Shown here: one piece after another, positions 11,725 through 46,036 of the stretch
Position numbering within the stretch: the first letter of the stretch is position 1
Layout: every line of letters starts with the position of its first letter
Assembly (NCBI RefSeq): GCF_026571515.1
Contig: NW_026865611.1
Location: 62,001 to 126,000 of the forward strand
Length of the DNA: 64,000 bases
Direction: 5' to 3'
From: Ruditapes philippinarum
Lineage: Eukaryota
Translations under genes and position numbers: made by a program
The notes under the pieces: generated by a model
Databases searched by the model: none
Told to the model about the DNA's origin: nothing
Seen by the model: the letters and a program-made list of their open reading frames with translations, nothing else

Positions 11725-14700
11725 ATGGCCGACCAACAGCCAGATGGATCTCCTAGAGAACGCCGTCGAAGCCGGAAACAAACGATTTTGTCACAGGGCC
11801 CGCCGGAATTTGCGTCCATTTCAATCGACGGTGATAAAAATGTTCCTGTTGCTGACACAACTGATTCCGAAACAGATGACTGCGTTTTTAAAGATAATTT
11901 AACAGACAATGCATGCGAAATTTCATATGATGAAAGTCATTCTAAAGAAGTAAACGACGCTAAACAAGAGAATCACGAACACGCAGCCACTAAAATTGAA
12001 AATGACATAATCAGTAAAAAGAATGAGGTTCCGGATATTGTTTACGATGAAACAAAACCAAAAAGGCTTTCGCACAATAGGCCTCAGAAATTAGACTTAG
12101 AAAGTCACAGTTCTAATACTTTACATGAGACTATAAATTTTCTTATATCCCCAGATGATAGCCCAACCAGAAGGAAAAGACGGGCTCTAAATACAGTGCG
12201 ATCAGAGCCAACAATCGGGAACCACAGTAACGATTATAATCATGAAGCACTTGACAGTCATGCAAGAGAAAATCACCGAAAGCATGATACTGATCCGAGG
12301 AGTAAACAGATGCAAACGTTGAAACAAACACATTACGAACAAAGTCCTGAAAGTACTCGGAGAAAGGTATCATCACCAGTACAAAGACTTATGGTAAAGA
12401 ACAGTGCTCTAGCGGCTGCAGCGGCAGCAAATAGCAAAGACCGAAAAGGTTCATCAGAAGCCAGACAAACGAACAACGCAAATTTTGTCTATGTTGGACC
12501 AAGACGTAAGATTTCGTCCGATGCTAGACTAGAACATCGTCATATAGAAGAAAGCCTTTCCCTTCCAACAAAACAAATGCCAAAAAGAAAGGTCTCATTC
12601 GATACAAGTGCGTTAGTTAATGGAAACAAGATTATGCCATTAAACGATGAACCAATTTTGAAGGAAAAACCAGAACATATCATAGAAGAAATATCCGAGC
12701 CTCAAGCAGAATATGGTGTTGATGAGGAAAGCATCAAAGAAAGTCCTAGGCTTGAAATTAAGATCCCAAAAGTCATCTTTACAAGCGATGATGATGAAGG
12801 TTTTGTTCAAAATGAAAGGGAAAGTCCGAGAAACGACGAGAGTGTGAGCGAGAATAGCGAAGAAGGTGAGGATGGCTATGCTAGTGGTTGTGATAACAAA
12901 GCGTACGTGAGAGACGAAGATGAACATGTACAATCTAACGGATCACTGGATACAACCAATGAAAGATTTACAAATTTTCAAAGTGAGGCTCATAGTAAAC
13001 GAGGGCGGCGTCTTTCACCAATGTCGGCTCAATCATACACATTTGAAGAAGCTGCTGTCATTCCACATATGAATGTGGATCATTTAACAATGGATAGAAG
13101 TGTTTCAACTGGTTCGATTGGCTCCTACAGTGGAAGACGTATATCAGCATACGACGACCAATCTCCACCAAAGTCAATTTTAAAAACGAGACTTGAAGAT
13201 GCAGAATCCGTGAATTCCGAGATCTCTGTCAAAAACTTCAAAGTCAGGAAAGATTCCATTGCCTTGTTTATGGACCAACATGGTGAAATAGCTATGCAAG
13301 AGTTAATAAAACAGCATGATGAAAAGTTCAAATGCTTTGGAAAAGACGATATTAAACAGGTAATTTGACAATTATGCTTCATTTAAATGGAAGGTATATA
13401 AGATATAATGAATACAGATGTCAAATTGATGAATGCTTGTCTATAGGTCAGACAATTGTGTATAAGTAATACATGCTCTTGGTTTAAACTTATTTATTTA
13501 AGCTCGATTGCGAAACAAGTTCTTGCAACTTATTTTAATCAAGTCCGCTTCTTGGAACAAACCAGTACTGGTGTCATATGAAGAAACATGGTCGTGACCC
13601 GTTTAGGGCTCGAACCCATGATCCTTTGGTTGCGAGGCAGACACCTTGACCGCTAGGCCACCTCTCCTCTTATATGTTAACTTGAGTGCAAAACAAAGAT
13701 GTTATTCATTGATAAGTGTCTAATGGGAACAGAACAAGGTCTGTCTGTATAAATATTGATTTACAAACAAAGAGTCAAATCAAGTACTCATGAAACCAGG
13801 ACAATTTGAGAAAATTTAATTCATTGCAAGTAAATCGTTAAGTAAATGTATTTAGAAAGAAACAGTGTTAACTTATAGCTGGCTTTTATTTACTTAAGTC
13901 CCAGTTAGTTCTATCATAACTTGCAAATGTGGGGTATATGATGCCATTCCATTTCATTGCAACTAATTTGAGTTCATCTCAGTTATACATGAACATATTG
14001 GAAATGATACTGTCGTCACTAATATCTTTGACAAAAATTGAAAAAAAAACACCGATAATAATGTATAATTTAAACAATACATTTGAGTATTCATATAAGT
14101 ATCCACCATTTTTTAACTTGTTGACTTTCTCTTCTATTTCAGCTTTGGGAAAACCGTAAAATGCTTTTGGAAAAGTACAAACTTCACTTACTAGTTCTTA
14201 CACTATTCCTACTGACCTTCTCCTTCGTAATAGTGGGGTTACATTTCCACAGCGAGCATCATAAAAAGATGGCCTCTTCTCAAAAGGTTTTCTTTGATGC
14301 AAAGCTGAAAACGTTAACGCTTAGTGATACAGAAAACTGGGACACATTGACAGGGTCGTTAGGTTTAGATATACCTTCATGGAAGATGCCAATACATTGT
14401 TATCCTAATTACAAGAAGATCATGGATAAAACTTGTTTGAAATGGAAAGAACACGGTCAGTTGGATATTGCTTATTTCATCAAGAACAACACACAATGCT
14501 ATAATATAACTTGGAATCTGTTACCAGGAACTTCCGCTTATGACTGTTACGAGATAGGAGGTAGAAGCTGGTACGGACCTTTAAACATGACAAAATCACA
14601 ATGGCCAATCAAGTCAAATCCTTTTAGCTTTACTGTTAGTAAGTCAAAACACCATGGAAGTGGCACGTTTTCGTCGGCTGTGGAATATTATTGGTTGTCG

Positions 14701-16173
14701 TCACGGGGCGAGGCGGTAGTTGTCGATTCGAACTTCCCATTAGAAGTTAGTTGGAACAAAAAGAAACCAGGCTCTTTTTGTGCAATAAGTAAGCGTTCTG
14801 GGGATTTCTACAGCAAAACAGTAACAGCAAAACGTACATTTAGCTACTCAGTTTGCAATGGAATAGATATTCAAACCACGCATGCGCTGATCAGAGAGAG
14901 GTTTTATCCTGCAATTACTAGCTTACCAGATAGACAATTCTTAGAGAATCCTCACTGGTCAACAGTAGCAGATTCCGATGATTTTCGTCTAAATGATACG
15001 GTCGTGTACAATGTTGCCGACGCTATAAAAAACAATAACCTCAACTGTAGTTCTATGGAATTAGACGGGCAATGGGAACACAGATACGGGGACCTAACTT
15101 TTAACCCAAAATTGTTTACAAACATGTCTGACCTTGTTCTTCATGTTGCTAATGCAGGTTGTGAGATATCGTTAAACGTTCACCCTTTCTTTAGCTTCCA
15201 TTCAGTAAATTTTATCGAAGGGATGAATAGAGAATATTTTGTGGAGGATGCAGGTGGGACTGTCCCTGCTCTTCTAAAATGGGAGCATGGAGTTGGTGCT
15301 ATGTTAGATGTTTCGAATCCTGCGGCTCGTGATTGGTATGTGGGTAAGATCAGGAGAATTTCTTCTAAATACAATATTGATACGTTCCGTCTAGTGTATG
15401 GGACCTCCGCATGGGTTCCAAAGAATCCGGTATTTCACAACGACGGTATAAGTCCAACAAAGGTTAAGCTATTGTTTTCTGATTTGATGGCTTCTTTGGG
15501 GAATGTTGTTCTTGAAAGCACATCTCAGTCACAGCATTTGTCCACTCTGGTTGGAATTTCATCTTCTGTTGTCACTTCAGGTGACAAATTTTGCCTGAAA
15601 AATATAATACCGGAAATACTTAATTTAGGTCTTATGGGCTATCCATTTGTCTTATCAGATGGGTTTGATATCGATGACAAACACAGAAACAATGATGATT
15701 TTATACTTCCGAGCAGAGATCTTTATATTCGATGGATGCAGCTTTCGGCATTCCTTCCAGCTGTTAGATATACCGTAAAACCTTGGTCGTATGACGCCAA
15801 AGTTATTGAGGCCTCAAGGAATCTCACAAAATTTCATAGCGATGTCGTTCTTAATACTATATTCAAAGCAGGTGAAGACATTCTCAAAGGTTCTCCAGTT
15901 GTTCAACCCATGTGGTGGAATCGGTCAAATGATAAGAGGACATTTTTAATCGATGATCAGTTCGTTTTAGCCGACAAGATCTTGGTGGCGCCAATTTTGT
16001 GTGAGTGTCATATAGATGAAGATTTAGCGGAAAGAGACATTTATGTTCCAGAGGGAGTGTGGAAGGATGCCAGTCACGACAAGGTTATCATTGGACCAAG
16101 ATGGATAAAGAATTATAAAGCTAAACAGTTTGAAATTCCGTATTTTGAAAGAATGTCAGAAGCTACATATTGA
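11725..16173 (+). CDS. MYORG: MYORG-like (KIAA1161/NET37) glycoside hydrolase family 31 type II membrane protein, 1221 aa, exons 11725-13359 and 14143-16173; probable pseudo-enzyme
   Basis: Acceptor ttcatttaag| at 11690, phase-0 donor AAACAG|gtaatt at 13359 and acceptor ctatttcag|CTT TGG at 14143 join the 547-aa and 670-aa ORFs in frame. TM helix LLVLTLFLLTFSFVIVGL. GH31/MYORG motifs: EYYWLSSRG, PHWST, YGDLTFN..LF, LDVSNPAARDWY, LGLMGYPFVL, LYIRWMQLSAFLP, DDQFVLADKILVAP, RDIYVPEGVW. The symbol denotes family similarity, not proven orthology. Confidence 0.88.
13481..13667 (-). mobile_element. tRNA-derived SINE (family S1, Meta-like core) in the MYORG-like intron
   Basis: Minus strand GGTGGCCTAGCGG (A box)...GGGTTCGAGCCC (B box), core CATATGACACCAGTACTGGTT..CCAAGAAGCGGACT; highly similar to 51558-51752. 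Confidence 0.8.
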
Positions 16174-16523
16174 AAAAGTTATATCTTACTTGGTTGTACT
16201 TAACTGTAAGAAATGTTTTCGAAAATATCCAGCAGGACTGGTTAAAATGGAATAACTTTATATGGTATTATGTTTTGGCATTAAAACATGTTAAATGTAG
16301 CATTTTTAATGAAAAGAAAAATCAATTATGTTTTAAAATGTTCCGTATATACAAAATAATAATGATGATTTATGAGAGGGAAACGACGATTATACAACAA
16401 AAAGAACTTGAACGTCGCTATCACAAAAAAATGACTCCATATTGTGTTGTGTTTTTGTCCTACTATGTCGAGATCAAGTATTGTATAAGTGGAAATTATC
16501 GACAAACATTTTAGACTTCCTGA

Positions 16524-16529
16524 AATAAA
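16524..16529 (+). promoter_or_regulatory. Candidate polyadenylation signal of the MYORG-like gene
   Basis: AATAAA about 350 nt after the stop codon, followed by a pyrimidine-rich tract. Confidence 0.35.
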
Positions 16530-16824
16530 ACTTCTTTCATTTCTAGTGAAATAAGCATGGACATAACAGTATCGATACCTGTGATGTAGATGCTCATCAT
16601 ATAGAGCACTGTGATTATTTGCCTTAATACTGTTGACTGATTTCATCATCATAGGTTAAATGTTATCTGATAAAAACCAGCTCCTATATTGCTACGCCAT
16701 ATGTAAGAATTAATATGAAAAGTAAATCTGAGCCTAAGGCATTTGGAATAGATACAAATACTTTGCACTTAAATATAAGCAGAAGTTCAATATCGAAAAT
16801 AACATTAATAATACCAAATGCATT

Positions 16825-17400
16825 TTCGATAAGTAGCTAAATCATACCGACAACAGTGCCGAAAACTAGCTACAACATACCAATAATGTATCGAAAATTA
16901 GCTACACCATGCCAATAATGTGTCGACAACAAGCTACTACATGCCAATAATGTGTCGAAAACAAGCTACTACATACCAATGATGTGTCGAAAACTAGCTC
17001 AACATACCATTAATGTGTCGAAAACTAGCTTAACATACCAATGATGTGTCGAAAATTAGCTACAACATACCAATAATGTGTCGACCCAAGCTACAACATA
17101 CCAATAATGTGTCAAAAGATAGCTCAACATACCAATTATGTGTCGAAAACTAGCTACAACATACCAATAATGTGTCGAAACTATAGCTACAACATACCAA
17201 TAATGTGTCGAAACTATAGCTACAACATACCAATACTGTGTCGAAACTAGCTACAACATACCAATTATGTGTCGAACCTAGCTACAATATACCAATTATG
17301 TGTCGAAACTAGCTCAACATACCAGTAATGTGTCGAAAAATAGCTCAACATAGCAATAATGTGTTGAAATATATTTACAAGACACCAATAATGCGTCAAA
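16825..17400. repeat. Minisatellite, 31-33 bp unit, ~17 copies
   Basis: Unit ATACCAATAATGTGTCGAAAACTAGCTACAAC; central copies are most homogeneous and there are no unique spacers. Confidence 0.92.
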
Positions 17401-17771
17401 ACTGATATGATATCAAAAACTATCTGTAATTTTCGTATGATATATAAAATATGTAATAGTATTGTTAGTAATCGAGATGCATTTAAATGTACGTATCATT
17501 TATTTTTCATACATCATTTATTACTATTGCCATTTCGTACACTTTCAGATTTTATAGAATGTGTATGTTTCTTAGACAAAATTAATATATATCCACTCAA
17601 AGAGACTTTTATGAAAGTACAAGCATACATGATCATTGTACTTGAAAAAGAAACATTTATACATCGGTTTCATTGCTGCATTATGTACGGTCAACATTAT
17701 TCACTGTTTATAAATTAATAACTACATTGAATTTGAATAGTTCTTTTTTACTCAAAACTTTTGTATTTATG

Positions 17772-18082
17772 TGTCACAGGGTGAGAAAAATGTGCAGCCT
17801 GACCGGGACTCGAACCCGGGACTCTCGGAATACCATGGCTGCTATATTGAAATTCGTCCTCGAATTTCTCTGAGGTACAGAGCAATGTGAATTTAACTCT
17901 GAGCTATGTACAGTCACGGACCCCCGTTGGGCGCCTAATGTCAAAGGGTAAGAAAAATGTGCAGCCCGACAGGGACTCGAATCCTGGATATTTGGAATAC
18001 CGTTTCGCGGCTCTACCGACTGAGCTATACGGCCACTCACACACTATCTCCCATAAATAGTGAACAGTTATGAACCTTGACA
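17772..18082 (-). mobile_element. Miniature non-autonomous LTR retroelement (TRIM) with tRNA-like LTRs (Helenus-like)
   Basis: 144-bp LTR TGTCA...TGACA (18082-17939) containing TAGCTCAGTCGGTAGAGC, GGATTCGAGTCCC and TTTTT; then a tRNA-Lys-like PBS AGGCGCCCAACGGGGG; partial second LTR ~17834-17772; flanks TATG/TATA. Confidence 0.72.
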
Positions 18083-18944
18083 TATAGCATAGTTTTTTTT
18101 TCATGTTTTTTTTTTTTTTTTTTTTGGATTGTTTTTTTTTTTTTTTGTTTTTTTTTTTTAATTTTTCATTGTCATTCTTTTCTAATTAACAGTTTTCATA
18201 ACCATTATTTAATAATTGTTTTGAGAGATATGTAATTATTTTGAATAGCTTATATGTTCATTTGTTTTGTTTTTTTGCCATGATGTTTAAGGTAGACAAA
18301 AAAGTTTGCAATGTCGCAAATTCAACAAGAGAAATATAAGCACACTACTCAATAGTTTTGTGATTGAAAATTCCTGTACAAATTACCACGGATTTATATT
18401 ACAATAATAATATAAATCCGTCAAATTACTTACTTCCAAAGCAAATGGAAATAAATAATGCAAATGAAAGAGAAACATGTTCACTTTATCAGAATAAGAT
18501 AAAAAAAAATAAGTATATTGAATTTGAAATGAACTGAAGACAGAATGAATGTATACAAATAAACTGTTCTCAGTACATGTACATATGGAGGCATATGAAA
18601 CATCTTGTACATATCTTAAAACAGTTAATTTGGTTTTTTTAAAAAAAGAACAATTTATTAATTGATGTTGTTGCAATGATTGCCCTTTTTATGTTTTTGT
18701 TTCGTTTTACTTTTGCAAAAAATTGTTTATGATATTATGTAAACGTTAGCAAATTAAAGTTGACACAATTCATATCAAAAATAAAATATACTAAGCGTTT
18801 ATATGTAGCTTTTTCATTCAATTTTGTAATGAACGGTCTGTATAATTACTAATTACTAAGATACAGATGTTTTGTAGTTTATCTTAAATATTGCCCATTG
18901 TATAGCACCAGCACGATCCTATATTAAATGGTCATGTTAATTGT

Positions 18945-20160
18945 AAAAATGAGCACAGCAATGGCGGGGCAATGTACGCCCGAATGTTAATTTGTTTGAA
19001 TATTCAAAACTTATCTTTTAATTAGGAAGTTTGTTTGTTTGTTTGCCACACCGACGCAGTATATGTCATTTGGCGACGTTCCAACTCTACTGGTGAAGGA
19101 AGACCTCAGGTGCCCTTCCGTGCATTATTTCAGGCACGAACGGGTTCCTGAGTAGAACCACCGACGTTCCGTTAGCTAGCTGGATAGCTTCATCACATGA
19201 AAGAATCCAAAGTTCCTGTCGGGATCCGAACCAACAGCGGTGAGGGGCAAGTGTTCAATTAGGAATAGACCTTATCAAGAAACTATGAAAAATGCTTTAC
19301 CTTAATTATCCTTATTAAACTAAATGACCTCCAGGGTGGGGGCATTTTTACCTTAGGTGCAAGATTCATAATTTTTAGACGTCTACTAAGCAATACTATG
19401 TGCCCAATAAAATATAGAAGTTCTTGTCATTATAGTCTTCCACAAAACGGTAAGAAGTGTTTTCCTGAACATTAGTCTACATAAAGCAAATGACGCCTGG
19501 GGCACGCCCACATTTGACCTTTTGGTCAAGATGAATATAACTTTTTTTAGAAAACTACAAATTGATGCTGCATGTCAAATATTTTAGCTATCGGATTTTT
19601 GATTTCACAAAATAATACTTAAATGTGTTTTCCTATGTAAGTCTTTATAAATCAAGTGATCTCGGGCTGGCCAGTATTAACCCCAGGGGCATGACTGATA
19701 TCAGTTTTGTAATCGGTCCACAAGGCAACGCTACATGCTAAATATTAAAGCTCTTGCTATTGTAGTATGACATATTAAGACTTTTTCATAATAAGTCTAT
19801 ATAACTCAAGCAAACCCCTGGACGGGACCAATCTTGCTCTGAGAAAGTCCACAAATGTGTTCAAACATTGTCTCATAAATTATATTAAATTCCTGCCAAA
19901 ACTTGATTTCTCATACCGAACGGGCGCGAAGGTTTAAAGTTCATACAAAATGACTTGGTGTGACCTTGACAATAACCTGAAGAAGGTCAACCCTGCGTTC
20001 TGCACATCGTCTCATTTTGGTTAACATTTCTGCCAAGAAGCTTTAATTTTCTTTCGTCGGTTTTAAAGATACAGACCTGACGCGAAATTGCTAACAAACG
20101 TACGGACGACCAGGTACATAACAATATACGCTGACATTCTTTTGGATGTGTAAAAAATGA
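18945..20160 (-). mobile_element. Old HINE-like element with degenerate core repeats, interrupted by a SINE
   Basis: Recurrent units TGACC.C..GGG..GG.CA.TTT.ACC at ~19325, 19490, 19658 and 19810; GTGACCTTGAC block and GACGGAC-like remnant near 20100; related in reverse to 38613-40020. Boundaries are approximate. Confidence 0.5.
19029..19256 (-). mobile_element. tRNA-derived SINE (family S2), 5'-truncated, 9-bp TSD
   Basis: AATTAGGAA at 19020-19028 and 19257-19265; (AAAC)n tail; homologous to 35146-35405 and 51818-52108. Confidence 0.85.
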
Positions 20161-22248
20161 AATCCTTAAAGAACGCCTACAATTGTAAAACTGAAAAGGT
20201 TGTATATTCGGTTTGATTAAGCTGGTGCTTTGACAGTGCCTAGTGGTAGGTGCAAACTACCGTCTACGCCCCCTTACAGCGGACAACATCTATGCATACT
20301 CAAATGTATATGAAAATGGTGATATTTTGAATTATAAACACCCGCAGATAATTTTATTCACATACTTTTACCACTCTACAAAGTAAACAATTAAAACAAT
20401 TCTGGTAAAACAGCAGCGTTTGAGATTCTCTTTCTTGTAGAGTTGTCATTACTTTTTGTCTTCTTTTTTCTTCATACACATACATGAATACACTATATAT
20501 ATGATATTAACTTATTAAGTGATCGGCTCTGTCTAGTTCTATAAATGCCTCACAAAATACTTCCAGATGTAGTAAAATTCAGTACATTATATGTGTAGTC
20601 TTTCAAAGCCATTTTGATTAGCGCAATTAAGGGTCGACACTGACAAGTAATTTATTTATCATTGGTCTTTAATATAATATGATTTTTCGGTCACTGTGGA
20701 CAGCGCAGCTGTATTTTCACCAAGCGTATCGATGCGTAAGACTGGTCAATATATAAGGTGTATGTACACGGGTATTTGACCATTCGAGGTACTATAGGTT
20801 CACTACACACAGACGCCCACCCACCGCACCCTCGTTTTGAGATTACACTTAAGATTGTATATGTCATGCTGGACTTTGTAATGTCACAATAATGTTTTAA
20901 AAAAATGTATACTAAAGTTAAGATTAATCAACGGTATTGATTAATGTTTATTTAATATGGAAATAATCTTTGTTTTGTCTTTTCCAGAGTAGACAATTTT
21001 TTGTTGTCTTTTGATAACGTTGCAAGGATGGATGCTAAGTTTGAGTGAGTTTTGTGGTTCTGACTTTGAGGTAACACATTTGTGTGTATTAAGACATTAT
21101 TCCATACAGCGCACTGGAATTACACGGAACCACGATTTTTGGAATGTTCGGATCGACGACATGGGACTTTTATATGAGCATATGTTATTATTGTTAAGTG
21201 AAGAGACACTTCTCACTAGTTTAAAGTGATTTTTTTCAAGTGCTGTCGATATGTATGAATGTATATAAATTTATATAATAATAAATTAAAGTGAACCTGT
21301 AGTAGCCACTCCTACATTGTCTTTCTTTTTTATATTTTATCCATGTAGGATATTAATTATGGAGTTAAATGATAAATTATTTATGTTTGGCTGAATGAAA
21401 TGAAAGAAAACATAGTAAGTTTTGTGAAGGTCGTCCAGAGAAAAGTGAATATGTTGCAGGCTTTCGTTGATTATGTTTGAATATGCATGGTCAGCAATCA
21501 TTAATAAAAGCTTCAACCTATGCACCACATTTAAATGTATCTCTCCGCACCTACAGATATCTTGGTTAAGGAGAAAACAACTTAAACATAATCAATTATT
21601 GAAACGTTTGCCAATGAAAAGGAAATGACCAATAAATGTTAAAAAACTAGGTTCTATGTTCAAATAGATAGATTTTTTTAGTATCTGAAAATACGTACAT
21701 GCTAATAAAGACTAGACAAACGTTTAATATTATTTATTTATTATCCTCCATTTGAAAGCTATATATATAAAATTCCCGATCAATGCAAACATTTACATGT
21801 AGAACGTTTTGCTTGCTATATGAGCCCATACGGCTAGCTTCTTAAAGCTTCTTTAAACTTTTCAGTTTCTTTTCCAATTACACTGCTGGGTAAGTATACT
21901 TTAAAGAAAGATGATCGAAAGGCAAGGTCATCTGATATTGCACAAGATTGTGTAGATAATGCCAGTAATTGATACAACAATTAAAATATGTATGTATCAA
22001 TGTGATACATATGCTGTATAAATCTTCACAGACACTTAATTGGGGTTCAGACTACATCCCGCGGCTTGATGTTTCCCTGTCAACTGCCAAGTGCCAATAA
22101 AAACTACAAAAGAGTCTTATTTATTTATTTATAACACAATCTTAAAAATAAAACTTGTTTAGTCCTCAGAAAAAATTACGATCAGTTCTCAATAAAAGTG
22201 CTTTAAGTACTGTATGGTAATTTTTGCGTTTCCCCCCTCTTTTTTCAT

Positions 22249-22407
22249 NNNNNNNNNNNNNNNNNNNNNNNNNNNNNNNNNNNNNNNNNNNNNNNNNNNN
22301 NNNNNNNNNNNNNNNNNNNNNNNNNNNNNNNNNNNNNNNNNNNNNNNNNNNNNNNNNNNNNNNNNNNNNNNNNNNNNNNNNNNNNNNNNNNNNNNNNNNN
22401 NNNNNNN
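22249..22407. other. Assembly gap (159 N)
   Basis: Run of N immediately upstream of the first copine coding exon. Confidence 0.99.
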
Positions 22408-22566
22408 CTAATTTGTGTTGTTCAACCTATATGAGCAAATATTTAGTTGTCTTCTACATGCATCATGATCACGAGGTGCTTTCGTATTTTGCAATCGTCC
22501 GAATGTATTTTTTTAGATGATCAAAAAATTCTAAAAATTTGCTATTATTTAAGCTTTTTATAGCTG

Positions 22567-46036
<23,470 letters not shown>

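Noticed and set aside
13600-13667. tRNA genes at SINE heads (also ~3905, 28195, 35340, 51690)
   Set aside because: A/B boxes run into SINE bodies with tails or TSDs and occur as diverged dispersed copies.
11703-16652. Antisense and overlapping ORFs in and after the MYORG-like gene (e.g. 12640..12933, 16170..16514, 16326..16652)
   Set aside because: Shadow frames of a real CDS or AT-rich 3' UTR, with no recognisable domain or splice support.
16825-17400. CRISPR-like array of ~32-bp repeats
   Set aside because: Units are contiguous with no unique spacers, there are no cas genes, and the context is eukaryotic; it is a minisatellite.
17774-18104. ORFs 17774..18040 and 17904..18104, and two apparent tRNA genes
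   Set aside because: They lie within the miniature LTR element; the tRNA-like parts do not form convincing complete cloverleaves.
21866-21889. Possible 24-nt 5' UTR exon of copine (ttttcag|...CTGG|gtaagt)
   Set aside because: Plausible splice signals but non-coding and separated from the CDS by the gap; untestable from sequence alone.
22214-22520. ORFs spanning the N run
   Set aside because: Artefacts of the assembly gap.
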